Both the position numbers and the translations under genes were made by a program. A DNA stretch of 61,337 bases. Source: Terriglobales bacterium. GTDB taxonomy: Bacteria; Acidobacteriota; Terriglobia; Terriglobales; SCQP01. The DNA lies in the NCBI GenBank assembly GCA_036561225.1, contig DATBPS010000143.1, positions 1-61,337 of the forward strand, given 5' to 3'. Shown piece after piece: positions 26,882-39,130 of the stretch; position 1 is the first letter of the stretch, and the number at the start of each line of letters is the position of its first letter. The notes below the pieces were generated by a model. The model had not been told where the DNA came from and ran no database searches. It worked only from the letters and a program-made list of their open reading frames with translations.

Positions 26882-29659
26882 ATGAATCCGCTGCAACGCC
26901 TGCATGACTTCGGACAGAGCTTTTGGTATGACAACATCCGGCGCGATATGCTGCGCAACGGCGCCCTGGCGCGTATGGTGCGCGAAGACGGGCTGCGGGG
27001 GCTGACCTCGAACCCGACCATCTTCGCCAAGGCGCTGGCCCACGGCGCCGACTACGACACCGCCATCCGCCACAGCTGGACACAAGCGCCCGTCGACATC
27101 TTCATCGGGCTGATGGTGGAGGATATTCAAGGCGCCTGCGATGTACTGCGTCCGGTGTTCGACGCCTCGGGGGGGCGCGACGGTTTCTGCTCGATCGAGG
27201 TCTTTCCCGACCTCGCGCGCGATACACAGAAGACGCTGGAGCAGGCGCGCATGTTGTGGCAGAAGGTCGGCCGCCCCAACGTCATGGTGAAGATACCGTC
27301 CACGCCGGAGTGCATTCCGGCCATCCATACCTGCCTGGCCGAGGGGATCAACATCAACATCACGCTGATGTTCGGCTACGACAGCTACCAGGCGGTGGTG
27401 GAGGCGTACCTGACGGCGCTGGAGAAGCGGGTGGCGGCGAAGCAGCCGATCGCCCCGCTGGCCTCGGTGGCCAGCCTGTTCGTCAGCCGGGTGGATTCGA
27501 AGGTGGACAAGCGGCTGGACCAGCATCCCGAACTGCAGGGGAAAGCCGGCATCGCCAACGCGCGGCGCATGTACAGGTTTTTCCAGCAGTCGTTCTCCGG
27601 CCCGCGCTGGCAGAAGCTGGAAGCCGCCGGGGCGCATCCGCAACGGCTGCTGTGGGCTTCGACTTCGACCAAGAACCCGAAGTATCCCGACACCCTGTAC
27701 GCCGAGGCGCTGGTCGGCCCGCACACGGTGGACACCATGCCCGATGTGACCGTCGCCGCCTACCGTGACCACGGCCAGCCCGGCAACCGGCTGCAGGAGG
27801 CGATGGACAACTACCCGACCGAGGTGCAGGCGGTGCTGGACGCGCTGGCCCGGGCAGGGATTGACATGGATCAGGTGGCGCGCGAGCTGCAGGACGAGGG
27901 GGTGGCTTCCTTCCAGGCGTCGTATGACGAGCTGATCGCCGGCATCCGCGCCAAGGTGGCCCGGCTGAGTCAGATGCTGACCGGTCCGCAGGCGCAGCAG
28001 GACGCGGCGGCGGCGGCCCTGCAGAAGCTGGAGACCCAGAAAGCCGGCGAACGGATTTGGAAGAAGGACGCTTCATTCTGGAGCGGCGACGCCGGAGTTC
28101 AGGCCAAGATCGCCAACCGCCTGGGGTGGCTGGCGCTGCCGGCGGAGATGCAGAAGGCGGTGCCGGAGATCCAGGCCCTGGTGGCCGGGTGCAAGAAGGA
28201 CGGCTACACCGACGTGGTGCTGCTGGGCATGGGCGGCAGCAGCCTGGCGCCGGAGGTGTACAGCCGGGTCTTCGGCGCCCGTGACGGGCTGCGTCTGCAC
28301 GTGCTCGATACCACCAACCCCATCCAGATCGCCCGCATTGAGAAGCTGGTGTCGTTGCCGAAGACGCTGTTTCTGGTGAGCAGCAAGAGCGGCGGCACGA
28401 TTGAGCCCAACAGCCTGTTTGCCTATTTCTGGGCGAAGCTGCCGGACGGCCGCCATTACGCGGCGATCAGTGATGCCGCGACCTCGCTGCAGAAGCTGGC
28501 CCAGGAACACAACTTCCGCCACCAGTTCACCAACCCGGGCGATATTGGCGGGCGTTACTCGGCGCTGTCGCTCTTTGGCCTGGTGCCGGCGGCGTTGTGC
28601 GGGGTGGATATCGGCAAGCTGCTGAGGCTGGCGCAGGAGATGGCCGAAGCCTGCGGGCCGCAGGTTCCGGCCGAGCAGAACCCGGCCCTCGGGCTGGGGG
28701 CGGCGATCGGGACGTGGGCGCGGGGCGGCCGCGACAAGCTGACCTTCATCGCCTGTCCGGAGCTGGAGAGCCTGGGGGCGTGGCTGGAGCAGTTGCTGGC
28801 CGAGAGTACCGGCAAGCAGGGGCGCGGGATCGTGCCCATTGCCGGCGAGCCGCTGGGCAAGCCGGCGGTGTACGGCGCCGACCGGGTGTTTGTGCAACTG
28901 GGGATGGGAGGCACCAACGATGCCACCGGGGCGGCGCTCACCGGTCTGGCGGCGTCGGCGCCGGTGGTGCAGATCGCCCTGCGCGACCGGTTCGACCTGG
29001 GGCGGGAGTTTTTCCGTTGGGAGATGGCGACGGCGGTGGCGGGCGCGGTGCTGGAGATCAACCCCTTCGACGAACCCAACGTGCAGGAGAGCAAGGACAA
29101 CACGGTGCGGGTGCTGGGCGAGTACCTCAAGGGCGGGGATGCGGCGGCAGGGTTCAAAGCCGCGCCGGCGGCGACGTCGGACCGGCTGCGGCTGTACGCG
29201 CCGGCCGCCGGCGGTGAGCCGCTGGGGACGTGGGAGAAGGCCATCCGGTCGGGCGACTATATCGCCATCATGGCCTACCTCGACCGCAGCCCGGAGTGGG
29301 AGAAGGCGCTGGCCGAGTTGCGGCTGGCACTGCGGGACCGCTACCGGGTGGCGACCACGGTGGGCTTCGGCCCGCGCTTTTTGCACTCCACCGGGCAGCT
29401 GCACAAGGGCGGCGCCAACAACGGTGTCTTCCTGCAGATCACCGCCGCCGCGGCGACGGCGGCGGCCGACCTGGCCATCCCGGGGCAGAAGTACAGCTTC
29501 GCGACCCTGCTTGCCGCCCAGGCGATGGGTGATTACGAATCGCTGGCGTCGCATCAGCGGCGGCTGCTGCGGGTGGATCTGGCCGATCCGGCGGCGCGGG
29601 GGCTGAGCGAACTGACGCAATCCTTCCAGGCCCCGGCGGCGGAAACGGCGGCCGACTGA
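26882..29659 (+). CDS. bifunctional transaldolase / glucose-6-phosphate isomerase
   Basis: The N-terminal 360 aa are transaldolase (LTSNPTIFAKA, VMVKIPST). The C-terminal part is PGI (LLGMGGSSLAPEV, GGRYSALS). An ATG with an upstream GAGGG is preferred over the track GTG at 26870. Confidence 0.9.
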   Translation: MNPLQRLHDFGQSFWYDNIRRDMLRNGALARMVREDGLRGLTSNPTIFAKALAHGADYDTAIRHSWTQAPVDIFIGLMVEDIQGACDVLRPVFDASGGRDGFCSIEVFPDLARDTQKTLEQARMLWQKVGRPNVMVKIPSTPECIPAIHTCLAEGININITLMFGYDSYQAVVEAYLTALEKRVAAKQPIAPLASVASLFVSRVDSKVDKRLDQHPELQGKAGIANARRMYRFFQQSFSGPRWQKLEAAGAHPQRLLWASTSTKNPKYPDTLYAEALVGPHTVDTMPDVTVAAYRDHGQPGNRLQEAMDNYPTEVQAVLDALARAGIDMDQVARELQDEGVASFQASYDELIAGIRAKVARLSQMLTGPQAQQDAAAAALQKLETQKAGERIWKKDASFWSGDAGVQAKIANRLGWLALPAEMQKAVPEIQALVAGCKKDGYTDVVLLGMGGSSLAPEVYSRVFGARDGLRLHVLDTTNPIQIARIEKLVSLPKTLFLVSSKSGGTIEPNSLFAYFWAKLPDGRHYAAISDAATSLQKLAQEHNFRHQFTNPGDIGGRYSALSLFGLVPAALCGVDIGKLLRLAQEMAEACGPQVPAEQNPALGLGAAIGTWARGGRDKLTFIACPELESLGAWLEQLLAESTGKQGRGIVPIAGEPLGKPAVYGADRVFVQLGMGGTNDATGAALTGLAASAPVVQIALRDRFDLGREFFRWEMATAVAGAVLEINPFDEPNVQESKDNTVRVLGEYLKGGDAAAGFKAAPAATSDRLRLYAPAAGGEPLGTWEKAIRSGDYIAIMAYLDRSPEWEKALAELRLALRDRYRVATTVGFGPRFLHSTGQLHKGGANNGVFLQITAAAATAAADLAIPGQKYSFATLLAAQAMGDYESLASHQRRLLRVDLADPAARGLSELTQSFQAPAAETAAD

Positions 29660-31209
29660 TGGCCGCCGCCCCTCCGACCGTGGTTCCGGCCCCGCACCCG
29701 CTGCGCGAGGGCATTCGCATGCAGCGCACCGCGCCGCCCTGCGCCATGGTGATCTTCGGCGCCTCGGGCGACCTGACCCACCGCAAGCTGATGCCGGCGT
29801 TGTATGCGCTGACCCGCATGCAGCGGCTGCCACCCACCTTTCAGGTGATCGGGGTGGCCGACTCGCCCTGGAGCAGCGAGGACTTCCGCCAGGAGATGCG
29901 CAAGGCGCTGGAGCAGTTCACCGGCGCGGTGGACGACGCGCTGTGGGAGTCGTTCGCGGCGCGCACGCAGTTTCTGCCCGGCACGTTCGACAATCCGGAG
30001 CTGTTTCAAAAACTCGCGGCCATGCTGCGCGCCCTGCCGCAGACGGGCGGCAACGTGCTGTTTTATCTGGCCACGCCGCCCAGCCTGATCGCCCCGCTGG
30101 CGGATCAACTGGCGCGCGCCGGGCTGAACCAGTTCAGCCCCCAGGGGTGGACACGGATCATCGTAGAGAAGCCCTTCGGCCGCGATCTGGCCACCGCCCG
30201 CGCCCTCAACCAGCAACTGCACAAGGTGTTTCAAGAGGCGCAGATCTTCCGTATTGACCACTATCTGGGCAAGGAGACGGTGCGCAACATCATCGTGTTT
30301 CGTTTCGCCAACGGCATCTTCGAGCCCATCTGGAACCGCCGCTACATTGACCACGTGCAGATCACCGTGGCGGAGAGCATCGGCATCGAGCGCCGCGGGC
30401 GCTACTACGAGGAAGCGGGCGCGCTGCGCGACATGGTGCAGAACCACCTGATGCAGGTGCTCTCCATCGTGGGCATGGAGGCGCCGGTGCGTTTCGAGGC
30501 GGAGGCGGTGCGCGACGAGAAGATCAAGGTGATCCGCTCCATCCGGCCGCTGCTGCCGCCGGGGGCCGGCGATTACTCCAGCGTGGCGGTGCGGGGGCAG
30601 TACGGCGCCGGCTTTGTCAACGGGGAGGCGGCGGCGGGGTACCGCGAGGAGGCCAACGTGGCGCCGCAGTCGAACCGCGAGACCTTCGTGGCGCTCAAGC
30701 TGCAGATCGAGAACTGGCGCTGGGCGGGGGTGCCGTTTTATCTGCGCAGCGGGAAGCGGCTGCCGAAGCGGGTGAGCGAGGTGGCGATCCAGTTCAAGTC
30801 GCCGCCCTTCCTCATGTTCCAGGATGGCTATCCGCAGTCCATCGAGCCCAACGTGCTGGTGATCCGCATCCAGCCGGATGAGGGCATTGCGCTGCGCTTC
30901 GAGGCCAAGGTGCCAGGCACCGACATGCGGCTGCGGCCGGTGAAGATGGATTTCCAGTACGGCACCAGCTTCGGCGAGCCGCAGCCGGAGGCCTACGAGA
31001 CGCTGCTGCTGGACGCCATGCTGGGCGACGGCATGCTGTTCGCCCGCTACGACATGGTGGAGTCGGCGTGGGCGCTGACCACGCCGCTTTTGGAATCGTG
31101 GGAGACGGAGGCGGCGAAGGATTTCCCTAACTACGCGGCGGGCAGCTGGGGTCCGGAGGCGGCGGAGGAGTTTCTGCGCCGCGACGGCCGGGAGTGGCGA
31201 AGACCTTGA
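29659..31209 (+). CDS. zwf: glucose-6-phosphate 1-dehydrogenase
   Basis: IFGASGDLTHRKL, RIDHYLGKE and EKPFG motifs. The start shares one base with the tal-pgi stop. Confidence 0.96.
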   Translation: MAAAPPTVVPAPHPLREGIRMQRTAPPCAMVIFGASGDLTHRKLMPALYALTRMQRLPPTFQVIGVADSPWSSEDFRQEMRKALEQFTGAVDDALWESFAARTQFLPGTFDNPELFQKLAAMLRALPQTGGNVLFYLATPPSLIAPLADQLARAGLNQFSPQGWTRIIVEKPFGRDLATARALNQQLHKVFQEAQIFRIDHYLGKETVRNIIVFRFANGIFEPIWNRRYIDHVQITVAESIGIERRGRYYEEAGALRDMVQNHLMQVLSIVGMEAPVRFEAEAVRDEKIKVIRSIRPLLPPGAGDYSSVAVRGQYGAGFVNGEAAAGYREEANVAPQSNRETFVALKLQIENWRWAGVPFYLRSGKRLPKRVSEVAIQFKSPPFLMFQDGYPQSIEPNVLVIRIQPDEGIALRFEAKVPGTDMRLRPVKMDFQYGTSFGEPQPEAYETLLLDAMLGDGMLFARYDMVESAWALTTPLLESWETEAAKDFPNYAAGSWGPEAAEEFLRRDGREWRRP

Positions 31210-32258
31210 CCGCGGAGGCCACAGCCCTCGATCTCTGCTGGAATGACGGCCACATGGCCGCGCTGGAGGCGCAGTGGCGCGCCCTGCGGGAGACCGGCGA
31301 GGAGGCTCCGGCGCACGCGCTGGCGCTCAACCTCATTTGCCGGGTGGCGGACGCGGCCGACGCCGAGCGCATGGCGCAGCACTTGTGGAAGTTGGGGCGG
31401 CGGCATCCGGCGCGGGTATTTCTGGTGTACTCGGGGGCGGAGGGAGAGGCGGACCGGGTTCGCCTGGCGGCCTGCGCGGACGGCAGCGAGATGGTCGAGT
31501 TGCAACTGGACCCGCGGCGCGCGGCCAGCGTGGTGATGCCGAATCTGGCCGGCGACCTGCCGGTGGTGCTGCTGTGGCGCGGCAGTGATCCGGGCGGAGA
31601 CCCGGAGTTTCCGATCTGGTCGGCGCTGGCCAACCGCGTGCTGGTGGACGCCCAGCGGCTGCGGCTTACCGCCGCCCAGGTGGCCACGCTGGCGCATGAA
31701 CTGCCGGTCGGGGCCACGCTGGGCGAGCTGACCTGGACGCGCCTGACCCCGTGGCGTCTGCTGCTATGCCAGGGGCTGGAGGGCGAGCTGGCGGTTCCCG
31801 AGGGCATCCGCGAGGTGACGATTACGGCGGGCGGACTGGGCGCGGGGGGCAGCCTGGCGGCCACGCTGTTTACCGGCTGGCTGGCGGAGAAGCTGGGGTG
31901 GGAGGCGATGGTGGTCTCCACCGAAGGGCTCTTGTGCCGCCGGCCGGCGGGCGAGCCGGTGCGCATTCGTTTCGAGCCGGCCAACCATCACGAATGCCTG
32001 CTGCGCCGGGTGGTGGTGCGGGGCGCGACCACGGCGGTGACCATTGAACACCATGGCGCTTATGTCTCGATGACCGTCACCCACGACGGCGCGACCGTGG
32101 GACAATGGATCGGTTCCAGCCCCGGGGAGGCGGTTTTGCGCAGCGACAGCGATACGCTCTCGGAGGAGTTGAGCATCGGCGGCGGCGATGATCTGTTCCG
32201 CCGCGTGCTCGACCGCGGCCTGGAACTGATGGCGCAATGGGAGGCGCCGGCCGCATGA
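31194..32258 (+). CDS. opcA: OpcA-like glucose-6-phosphate dehydrogenase assembly protein; start uncertain
   Basis: Position directly after zwf, length, and OpcA-like sequence pattern. The GTG start overlaps the zwf end by 16 nt. Confidence 0.7.
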   Translation: MAKTLTAEATALDLCWNDGHMAALEAQWRALRETGEEAPAHALALNLICRVADAADAERMAQHLWKLGRRHPARVFLVYSGAEGEADRVRLAACADGSEMVELQLDPRRAASVVMPNLAGDLPVVLLWRGSDPGGDPEFPIWSALANRVLVDAQRLRLTAAQVATLAHELPVGATLGELTWTRLTPWRLLLCQGLEGELAVPEGIREVTITAGGLGAGGSLAATLFTGWLAEKLGWEAMVVSTEGLLCRRPAGEPVRIRFEPANHHECLLRRVVVRGATTAVTIEHHGAYVSMTVTHDGATVGQWIGSSPGEAVLRSDSDTLSEELSIGGGDDLFRRVLDRGLELMAQWEAPAA

Positions 32259-32944
32259 GCGCTTCGCCGCGTCGTCTTGAACTGGTGCCCTCGATCCTTT
32301 CCGCCAACTTCGCCTGCCTGGAGAAAGATGTGGCCGCGGCGACAGGCGCCGACCGTTTTCAGGTGGACATCATGGACGGCCACTTCGTGCCCAATATCTC
32401 GATGGGGCCGATGTTCGTGGCCGCGCTGCGGCGGCTTACGCCGCAGCCGATCGAAGCGCACCTGATGGTCTCGCGTCCCGAGCAGTGGGTGGGGCCGTGC
32501 GCCGCGGCGGGGGCCAACGTGATCATCGTCCATGCCGAGGCCACGGTGCATCTGCACAGCCTGCTGGCGCAGATTCGCGCCGCGGGCGCGCAGCCCGGCG
32601 TGGCGCTCAACCCCGGCTCGCCGCTCACCATGATCGAAGAGGTCCTCGATCAAGCGGCGATGGTGCTGTTGATGACGGTGGAGCCCGGCTTCGGGGGGCA
32701 ACAGTTCATCCCGCAGGTGCTGCCCAAGATCGCCCGGCTGCGCCAGCACCTTGATGAACGCGCACCCGCCTGCGACATTGAAGTGGACGGCGGCATCGCA
32801 CCCGCCACCCTCGTCGCCGCGCGCGAGGCCGGCGCCAACTTGTTCGTAGCCGGGAGTTCGGTGTTCGACCACCCGCAAGGCGCCGGCGCCGGGTTGGCCG
32901 CGCTGCGCGCCGCGCTCAATCCCGCCCCCCAGCCGGTGGGCTGA
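32255..32944 (+). CDS. rpe: ribulose-phosphate 3-epimerase
   Basis: PSILSANFACLEKDV, FQVDIMDGHFVPN, MTVEPGFGGQ and DGGI motifs. ATGA overlap with the opcA stop. Confidence 0.93.
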   Translation: MSASPRRLELVPSILSANFACLEKDVAAATGADRFQVDIMDGHFVPNISMGPMFVAALRRLTPQPIEAHLMVSRPEQWVGPCAAAGANVIIVHAEATVHLHSLLAQIRAAGAQPGVALNPGSPLTMIEEVLDQAAMVLLMTVEPGFGGQQFIPQVLPKIARLRQHLDERAPACDIEVDGGIAPATLVAAREAGANLFVAGSSVFDHPQGAGAGLAALRAALNPAPQPVG

Positions 32945-32964
32945 GGTGGCACGCTGGGCGGCGG

Positions 32965-33504
32965 CTACTCCTCCGCGTCGGGCGGAGGGAGAGTGAGGCC
33001 GGCTTTGGCGAGGGCGGATTGCAGGCGCTCAAGCGCCTGGTCAGGGGAGAGGTCGCCGGTGCAGGACATCTCGCCCGACAGCAGCAGGGCGGCGCGGTCG
33101 AGCATTTTCTTTTCGCGATAGGACAGCGGCTTACCCTGGTGCAACTGGGCCAGGCCCTTCAGCACCTCGGCCAGGTGCAGCAGGGTGCCGTCGCGCATCT
33201 TGTCGGAGTTTTCCTTGAAGCGGCTCTTCCAGTCGTTGGGGGCGGTGATGGAGGCGACCGGTTTCTTTTCCAGAAACTGCAGCACCGTTTGCCATTCTCC
33301 GGCGGCACTTACCGCGCGCAAGCCAATAACGGCGGCGTTGGCTGAAGGCACCATGACACGTAAGTTGCTGGATTCAATGCGCAGCAGGTAATATTCCTGT
33401 ACCGACTCGCCCAGCGAGCGCTGGCCGACGGTCTCGATGACGCCTACGCCCTGGTTGGGGTAAACCACCTTGTCGCCCACGCGGAAAGATGCTGTACAGC
33501 TCAT
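32965..33504 (-). CDS. carD: CarD family transcriptional regulator
   Basis: FRVGDKVVYPNQGVGVIETV...YYLLRI Tudor-like N-terminus. ATG at residue 158 of the track ORF. Confidence 0.9.
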   Translation of the reverse strand: MSCTASFRVGDKVVYPNQGVGVIETVGQRSLGESVQEYYLLRIESSNLRVMVPSANAAVIGLRAVSAAGEWQTVLQFLEKKPVASITAPNDWKSRFKENSDKMRDGTLLHLAEVLKGLAQLHQGKPLSYREKKMLDRAALLLSGEMSCTGDLSPDQALERLQSALAKAGLTLPPPDAEE

Positions 33505-33567
33505 GCGGTAGAAGCTGTGCTCAGTATGACAAAATGGCGGGAAGCAGTTCAAGCAAAGGACACGTTG

Positions 33568-34047
33568 ATGGCAGTGAACATTAGGGGAAAACTCGAGGCC
33601 GAGATCAAGCAATTGGAACATGAGCTGACCGTCGAGTTGCCCGCCGAACTGAAGCGCGCGGTGGCGTTGGGCGATCTGAGCGAGAACGCCGAGTACCATA
33701 TGGCCAAGCAGCGGCAGGAGTTCGTCAACGCCCGGCTGGGACAGCTGAAGAAGCGGCTGGCGGAGTTGGCGCTGGTGGATGTGGACAAAATACCCCGCGA
33801 CCGTGCCGCCTATGGATCGGTGCTGGTGCTGTATGACCTCGACAAGGACGAAGATGTTGAGTACAGCCTGGTGACCAGCGAAGAAGCGGATGTGGCGGCG
33901 GGACGGATTTCCACCTCGTCGCCGATTGGGCGCGGCCTGATGGGGAAGAAGCCGGGGGATGAGGTACGCATCCAAACCCCCAATGGACCTAAAGAGTTTG
34001 AAGTTCGTAGTTTGCAGACCATCTACGACCGGGAAGAAGCCGAATGA
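33568..34047 (+). CDS. greA: transcription elongation factor GreA
   Basis: LSENAEYHMAKQRQEFVNARLGQL coiled coil and a C-terminal ISTSSPIGRGLMGKKPGDEV motif. Confidence 0.93.
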   Translation: MAVNIRGKLEAEIKQLEHELTVELPAELKRAVALGDLSENAEYHMAKQRQEFVNARLGQLKKRLAELALVDVDKIPRDRAAYGSVLVLYDLDKDEDVEYSLVTSEEADVAAGRISTSSPIGRGLMGKKPGDEVRIQTPNGPKEFEVRSLQTIYDREEAE

Positions 34048-34661
34048 CCTATACGCGCGCCATTGGAGCGGGCTGCAAGTGGGTGCTGGATAAGATCGTG
34101 CGCTCGCTGGCGTTGGCGCGCATCAACCCCAACGTCCTGACCTTCATCGGTCTGGTGATCAACTGCATCGCCGCCGCCCTATTTGGTTATGGCAAGTTCT
34201 TCATCGCCGGGCTGGTGATCATTGCCGCCGGTATTTTTGACATGGTGGATGGACGCGTGGCCCGCGCCACCAACACGGTCAGTCACTTCGGGGGCTTCTT
34301 CGACTCGGTGCTGGACCGCTACTCCGATCTGGCGCTGTACTTTGGTTTGCTGGTCTACTACGCGAGCATCAACCGCGCCTTCTACGTGGTGCTGGTAGCG
34401 GTGGTGATGACCGGCTCGGTGATGGTCAGCTATGCGCGAGCCCGCGCGGAAAACACCATACCCAGCTGCAAGGTGGGGTTCATGGAACGGCCGGAACGGA
34501 TTGTGCTGGTGATCATCGGCGCGCTGTTTGACCGCATGGCCGCCTGCCTGTGGGTGATCGCGGTGCTCAGCAATATCACGGTGATTCAACGCATACGCTA
34601 CACGTATCAGCAGACGCGGGAGATGGACCGGCGGCCGTCAGCACAATCGGCGACGCAGTAA
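34044..34661 (+). CDS. CDP-alcohol phosphatidyltransferase family protein
   Basis: DMVDGRVARATNTVSHFGGFFDSVLDRYSD matches Dx2DGx2ARx8Gx3Dx3D. Confidence 0.85.
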   Translation: MTYTRAIGAGCKWVLDKIVRSLALARINPNVLTFIGLVINCIAAALFGYGKFFIAGLVIIAAGIFDMVDGRVARATNTVSHFGGFFDSVLDRYSDLALYFGLLVYYASINRAFYVVLVAVVMTGSVMVSYARARAENTIPSCKVGFMERPERIVLVIIGALFDRMAACLWVIAVLSNITVIQRIRYTYQQTREMDRRPSAQSATQ

Positions 34662-34664
34662 AAA

Positions 34665-34692
34665 GTTGCCGGTTGCCAGTTGCCAGTTGGCG
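34665..34692. repeat. tandem heptanucleotide array GTTGCCR, 4 units, filling the spacer between two convergent stop codons
   Basis: GTTGCCG GTTGCCA GTTGCCA GTTGGCG lies between TAA (34659..34661) and the valS stop (34697..34699). Confidence 0.8.
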
Positions 34693-34696
34693 GCTG

Positions 34697-37219
<2,523 letters not shown>

Positions 37220-37242
37220 AGAACCACAATTATAATCGGGGG

Positions 37243-37731
37243 ATGGCTGCCACCCTGTTACTGGCGGATGACAGCGCCCACGCGCGGCGCATGGGCACCG
37301 AATATCTGACCGGACTGGGGTTCGCGGTGGAGGCGGTGGGGGATCGGGCGGCGGCCCGCGCCACGCTGCTGGCGCGGCCCCCGACGCTGGTGATTGTGGA
37401 TGCGGCGCTGCCGGACGGAGGGGAGGAGAGCGCAGACGGGCTGGGGGGGGTGGCGCTGTGCCGTGAGATTAAGCAGAACCCGGCCTGGCAAGCCATCCCG
37501 GTGGTGGTGCTGCTGGGGGCGCTGGCGAGGGTGGCGCCAGAGACCCTGCAGGTGGCGGATGCGGTGCTGCGCAAGCCGCTGTCGTCGGCGGGGCTGGAGC
37601 GTTCCCTGGCGCGCTGGCTGGGCCAACTGCCGGTAGCCCCCGACGGGGTTCCGGCAGCGGCGGGCAGCGCCGAACTCAGCCTGGAAGAAATGCTGGAACG
37701 TGCCGTGCGGGAAGCCGCGCTGGGGCGATAG
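37243..37731 (+). CDS. single-domain response regulator (receiver domain) protein
   Basis: LLLADDS, VIVDAALPDG and LRKPL give the conserved DD/D/K pattern. There is no output domain. Confidence 0.8.
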   Translation: MAATLLLADDSAHARRMGTEYLTGLGFAVEAVGDRAAARATLLARPPTLVIVDAALPDGGEESADGLGGVALCREIKQNPAWQAIPVVVLLGALARVAPETLQVADAVLRKPLSSAGLERSLARWLGQLPVAPDGVPAAAGSAELSLEEMLERAVREAALGR

Positions 37732-37740
37732 GCCGCCGCG

Positions 37741-39081
37741 GTGCAGAGCGAAGACACCATCGTGGCGGTTTCCACGCCCGCCGGGCGCGGCGGCTTGGGC
37801 GTGGTGCGGCTTTCGGGGGAGCGGGCGCGGGCCATTGCTCAAGCCATGCTGGGGGAAATCGAGCTGCGGCCGCGTCACGCCACCTTCAGCCATTACCGTG
37901 ATGGCGACGGGGCGTTGCTCGACGAAGTGGTGGCGACATGGTTCGCGGCGCCCCACTCGGCCACGAGCGAGGATGTGGTCGAAATCGGCGCCCACGGCGC
38001 GCCGGTGCTGCTCGAAGCCCTGGTGCAGGATGCCTGTCGGCGCGGGGCACGGCTGGCGGAACCGGGTGAGTTCACCCGCCGCGCCTTCCTGCATGGGCGG
38101 CTGGATCTGAGTCAGGCGGAGGCGATCGGCGACTTGATCGCCGCCCACACGCTCTACCAGGCACGGACGGCGGCGCGGCAGATGCAGGGGGCGGTGGCGC
38201 GGCTGCTGGGGCCCCTGCATGGGCAACTCACCGAGTTGATCGCCCGCCTCGAAGCCGGGATTGACTTTGCCGACGATGACGTCAGCGTGCTGTCCCCGGC
38301 CGCCATCGGCGCCGCTCTGGACGCCCTGCAACAGGAACTGGCCCGGTTGCGCTCCGGGTTCGGGCGCGGGCGCTGGGTACGCGAAGGCTTGCGGCTGGCG
38401 CTGTTGGGACGACCCAATGCCGGAAAATCGAGTTTATTCAATCGCCTGTTGCAGCGGGAGCGGGCGATTGTGACGCCAGAGCCAGGCACCACGCGCGACG
38501 CGATCGAGGAGGAGTTCAGTTGGGAGGGTATTCCGGTGCGCCTGGTGGACACGGCCGGCATTCGGAGGCCGGAGGGGCGCGCCGAGGAACTGGGAATCGA
38601 GAAAAGCTGGGAGGCGGCGGCCGATGCCGACCTGGTGCTGGGGATTTTCGACCGTTCCCAGCCGCCCGATGCCGCCGACCACGAACTGATGGCGCGACTG
38701 GCGGAGCTGCCGCGCGCGGTGCTGGTGTGGAACAAGAGCGATCAGGCGGCCGCCGCCGGGTGGGAGGGGGCGAGGGGCGGATTTGCGGTTTCGGCACTCA
38801 CCGGGGCGGGATGCGAGGCGTTGCGGATCGGGATCAGGGAGCAAATTTTACCCGCCGCCGGCCACGAGAGTGAGTACATCACCAACGCCCGCCATGCCCA
38901 GCAGTTGGAGTGGGCGGCGATCGAAATCGAACAGGCGCGGGCGGGAGTGGGGCAAATCCCTCATGAAGTGCTGTTGGTGAACCTCTATGAGGCGCTGCAT
39001 GCGCTGGACGCGATTACCGGGCAGACGACGGTTGAGGATATACTGGGGATAATCTTTTCCACCTTTTGCATCGGCAAGTAA
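37741..39081 (+). CDS. mnmE: tRNA uridine-5-carboxymethylaminomethyl modification GTPase MnmE
   Basis: DTIVAVSTPAGRGGLGVVRLSG, G1 GRPNAGKSSL, and C-terminal FCIGK. Confidence 0.95.
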   Translation: MQSEDTIVAVSTPAGRGGLGVVRLSGERARAIAQAMLGEIELRPRHATFSHYRDGDGALLDEVVATWFAAPHSATSEDVVEIGAHGAPVLLEALVQDACRRGARLAEPGEFTRRAFLHGRLDLSQAEAIGDLIAAHTLYQARTAARQMQGAVARLLGPLHGQLTELIARLEAGIDFADDDVSVLSPAAIGAALDALQQELARLRSGFGRGRWVREGLRLALLGRPNAGKSSLFNRLLQRERAIVTPEPGTTRDAIEEEFSWEGIPVRLVDTAGIRRPEGRAEELGIEKSWEAAADADLVLGIFDRSQPPDAADHELMARLAELPRAVLVWNKSDQAAAAGWEGARGGFAVSALTGAGCEALRIGIREQILPAAGHESEYITNARHAQQLEWAAIEIEQARAGVGQIPHEVLLVNLYEALHALDAITGQTTVEDILGIIFSTFCIGK

Positions 39082-39130
39082 GCGATGTAACGGGAGCGGA
39101 AGCCAGGCCATCTAAAAAGGCAGGTGGGTC

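Noticed and set aside
28073-29833. 586-aa ORF on the minus strand
   Set aside because: It is antisense to the tal-pgi and zwf genes. It is an R/P/G/Q-rich shadow ORF.
33505-33975. Upstream extension of the carD ORF
   Set aside because: It is antisense to greA. CarD homologs start at the Tudor-like FRVGDKVVYP segment, which follows the ATG at 33504.
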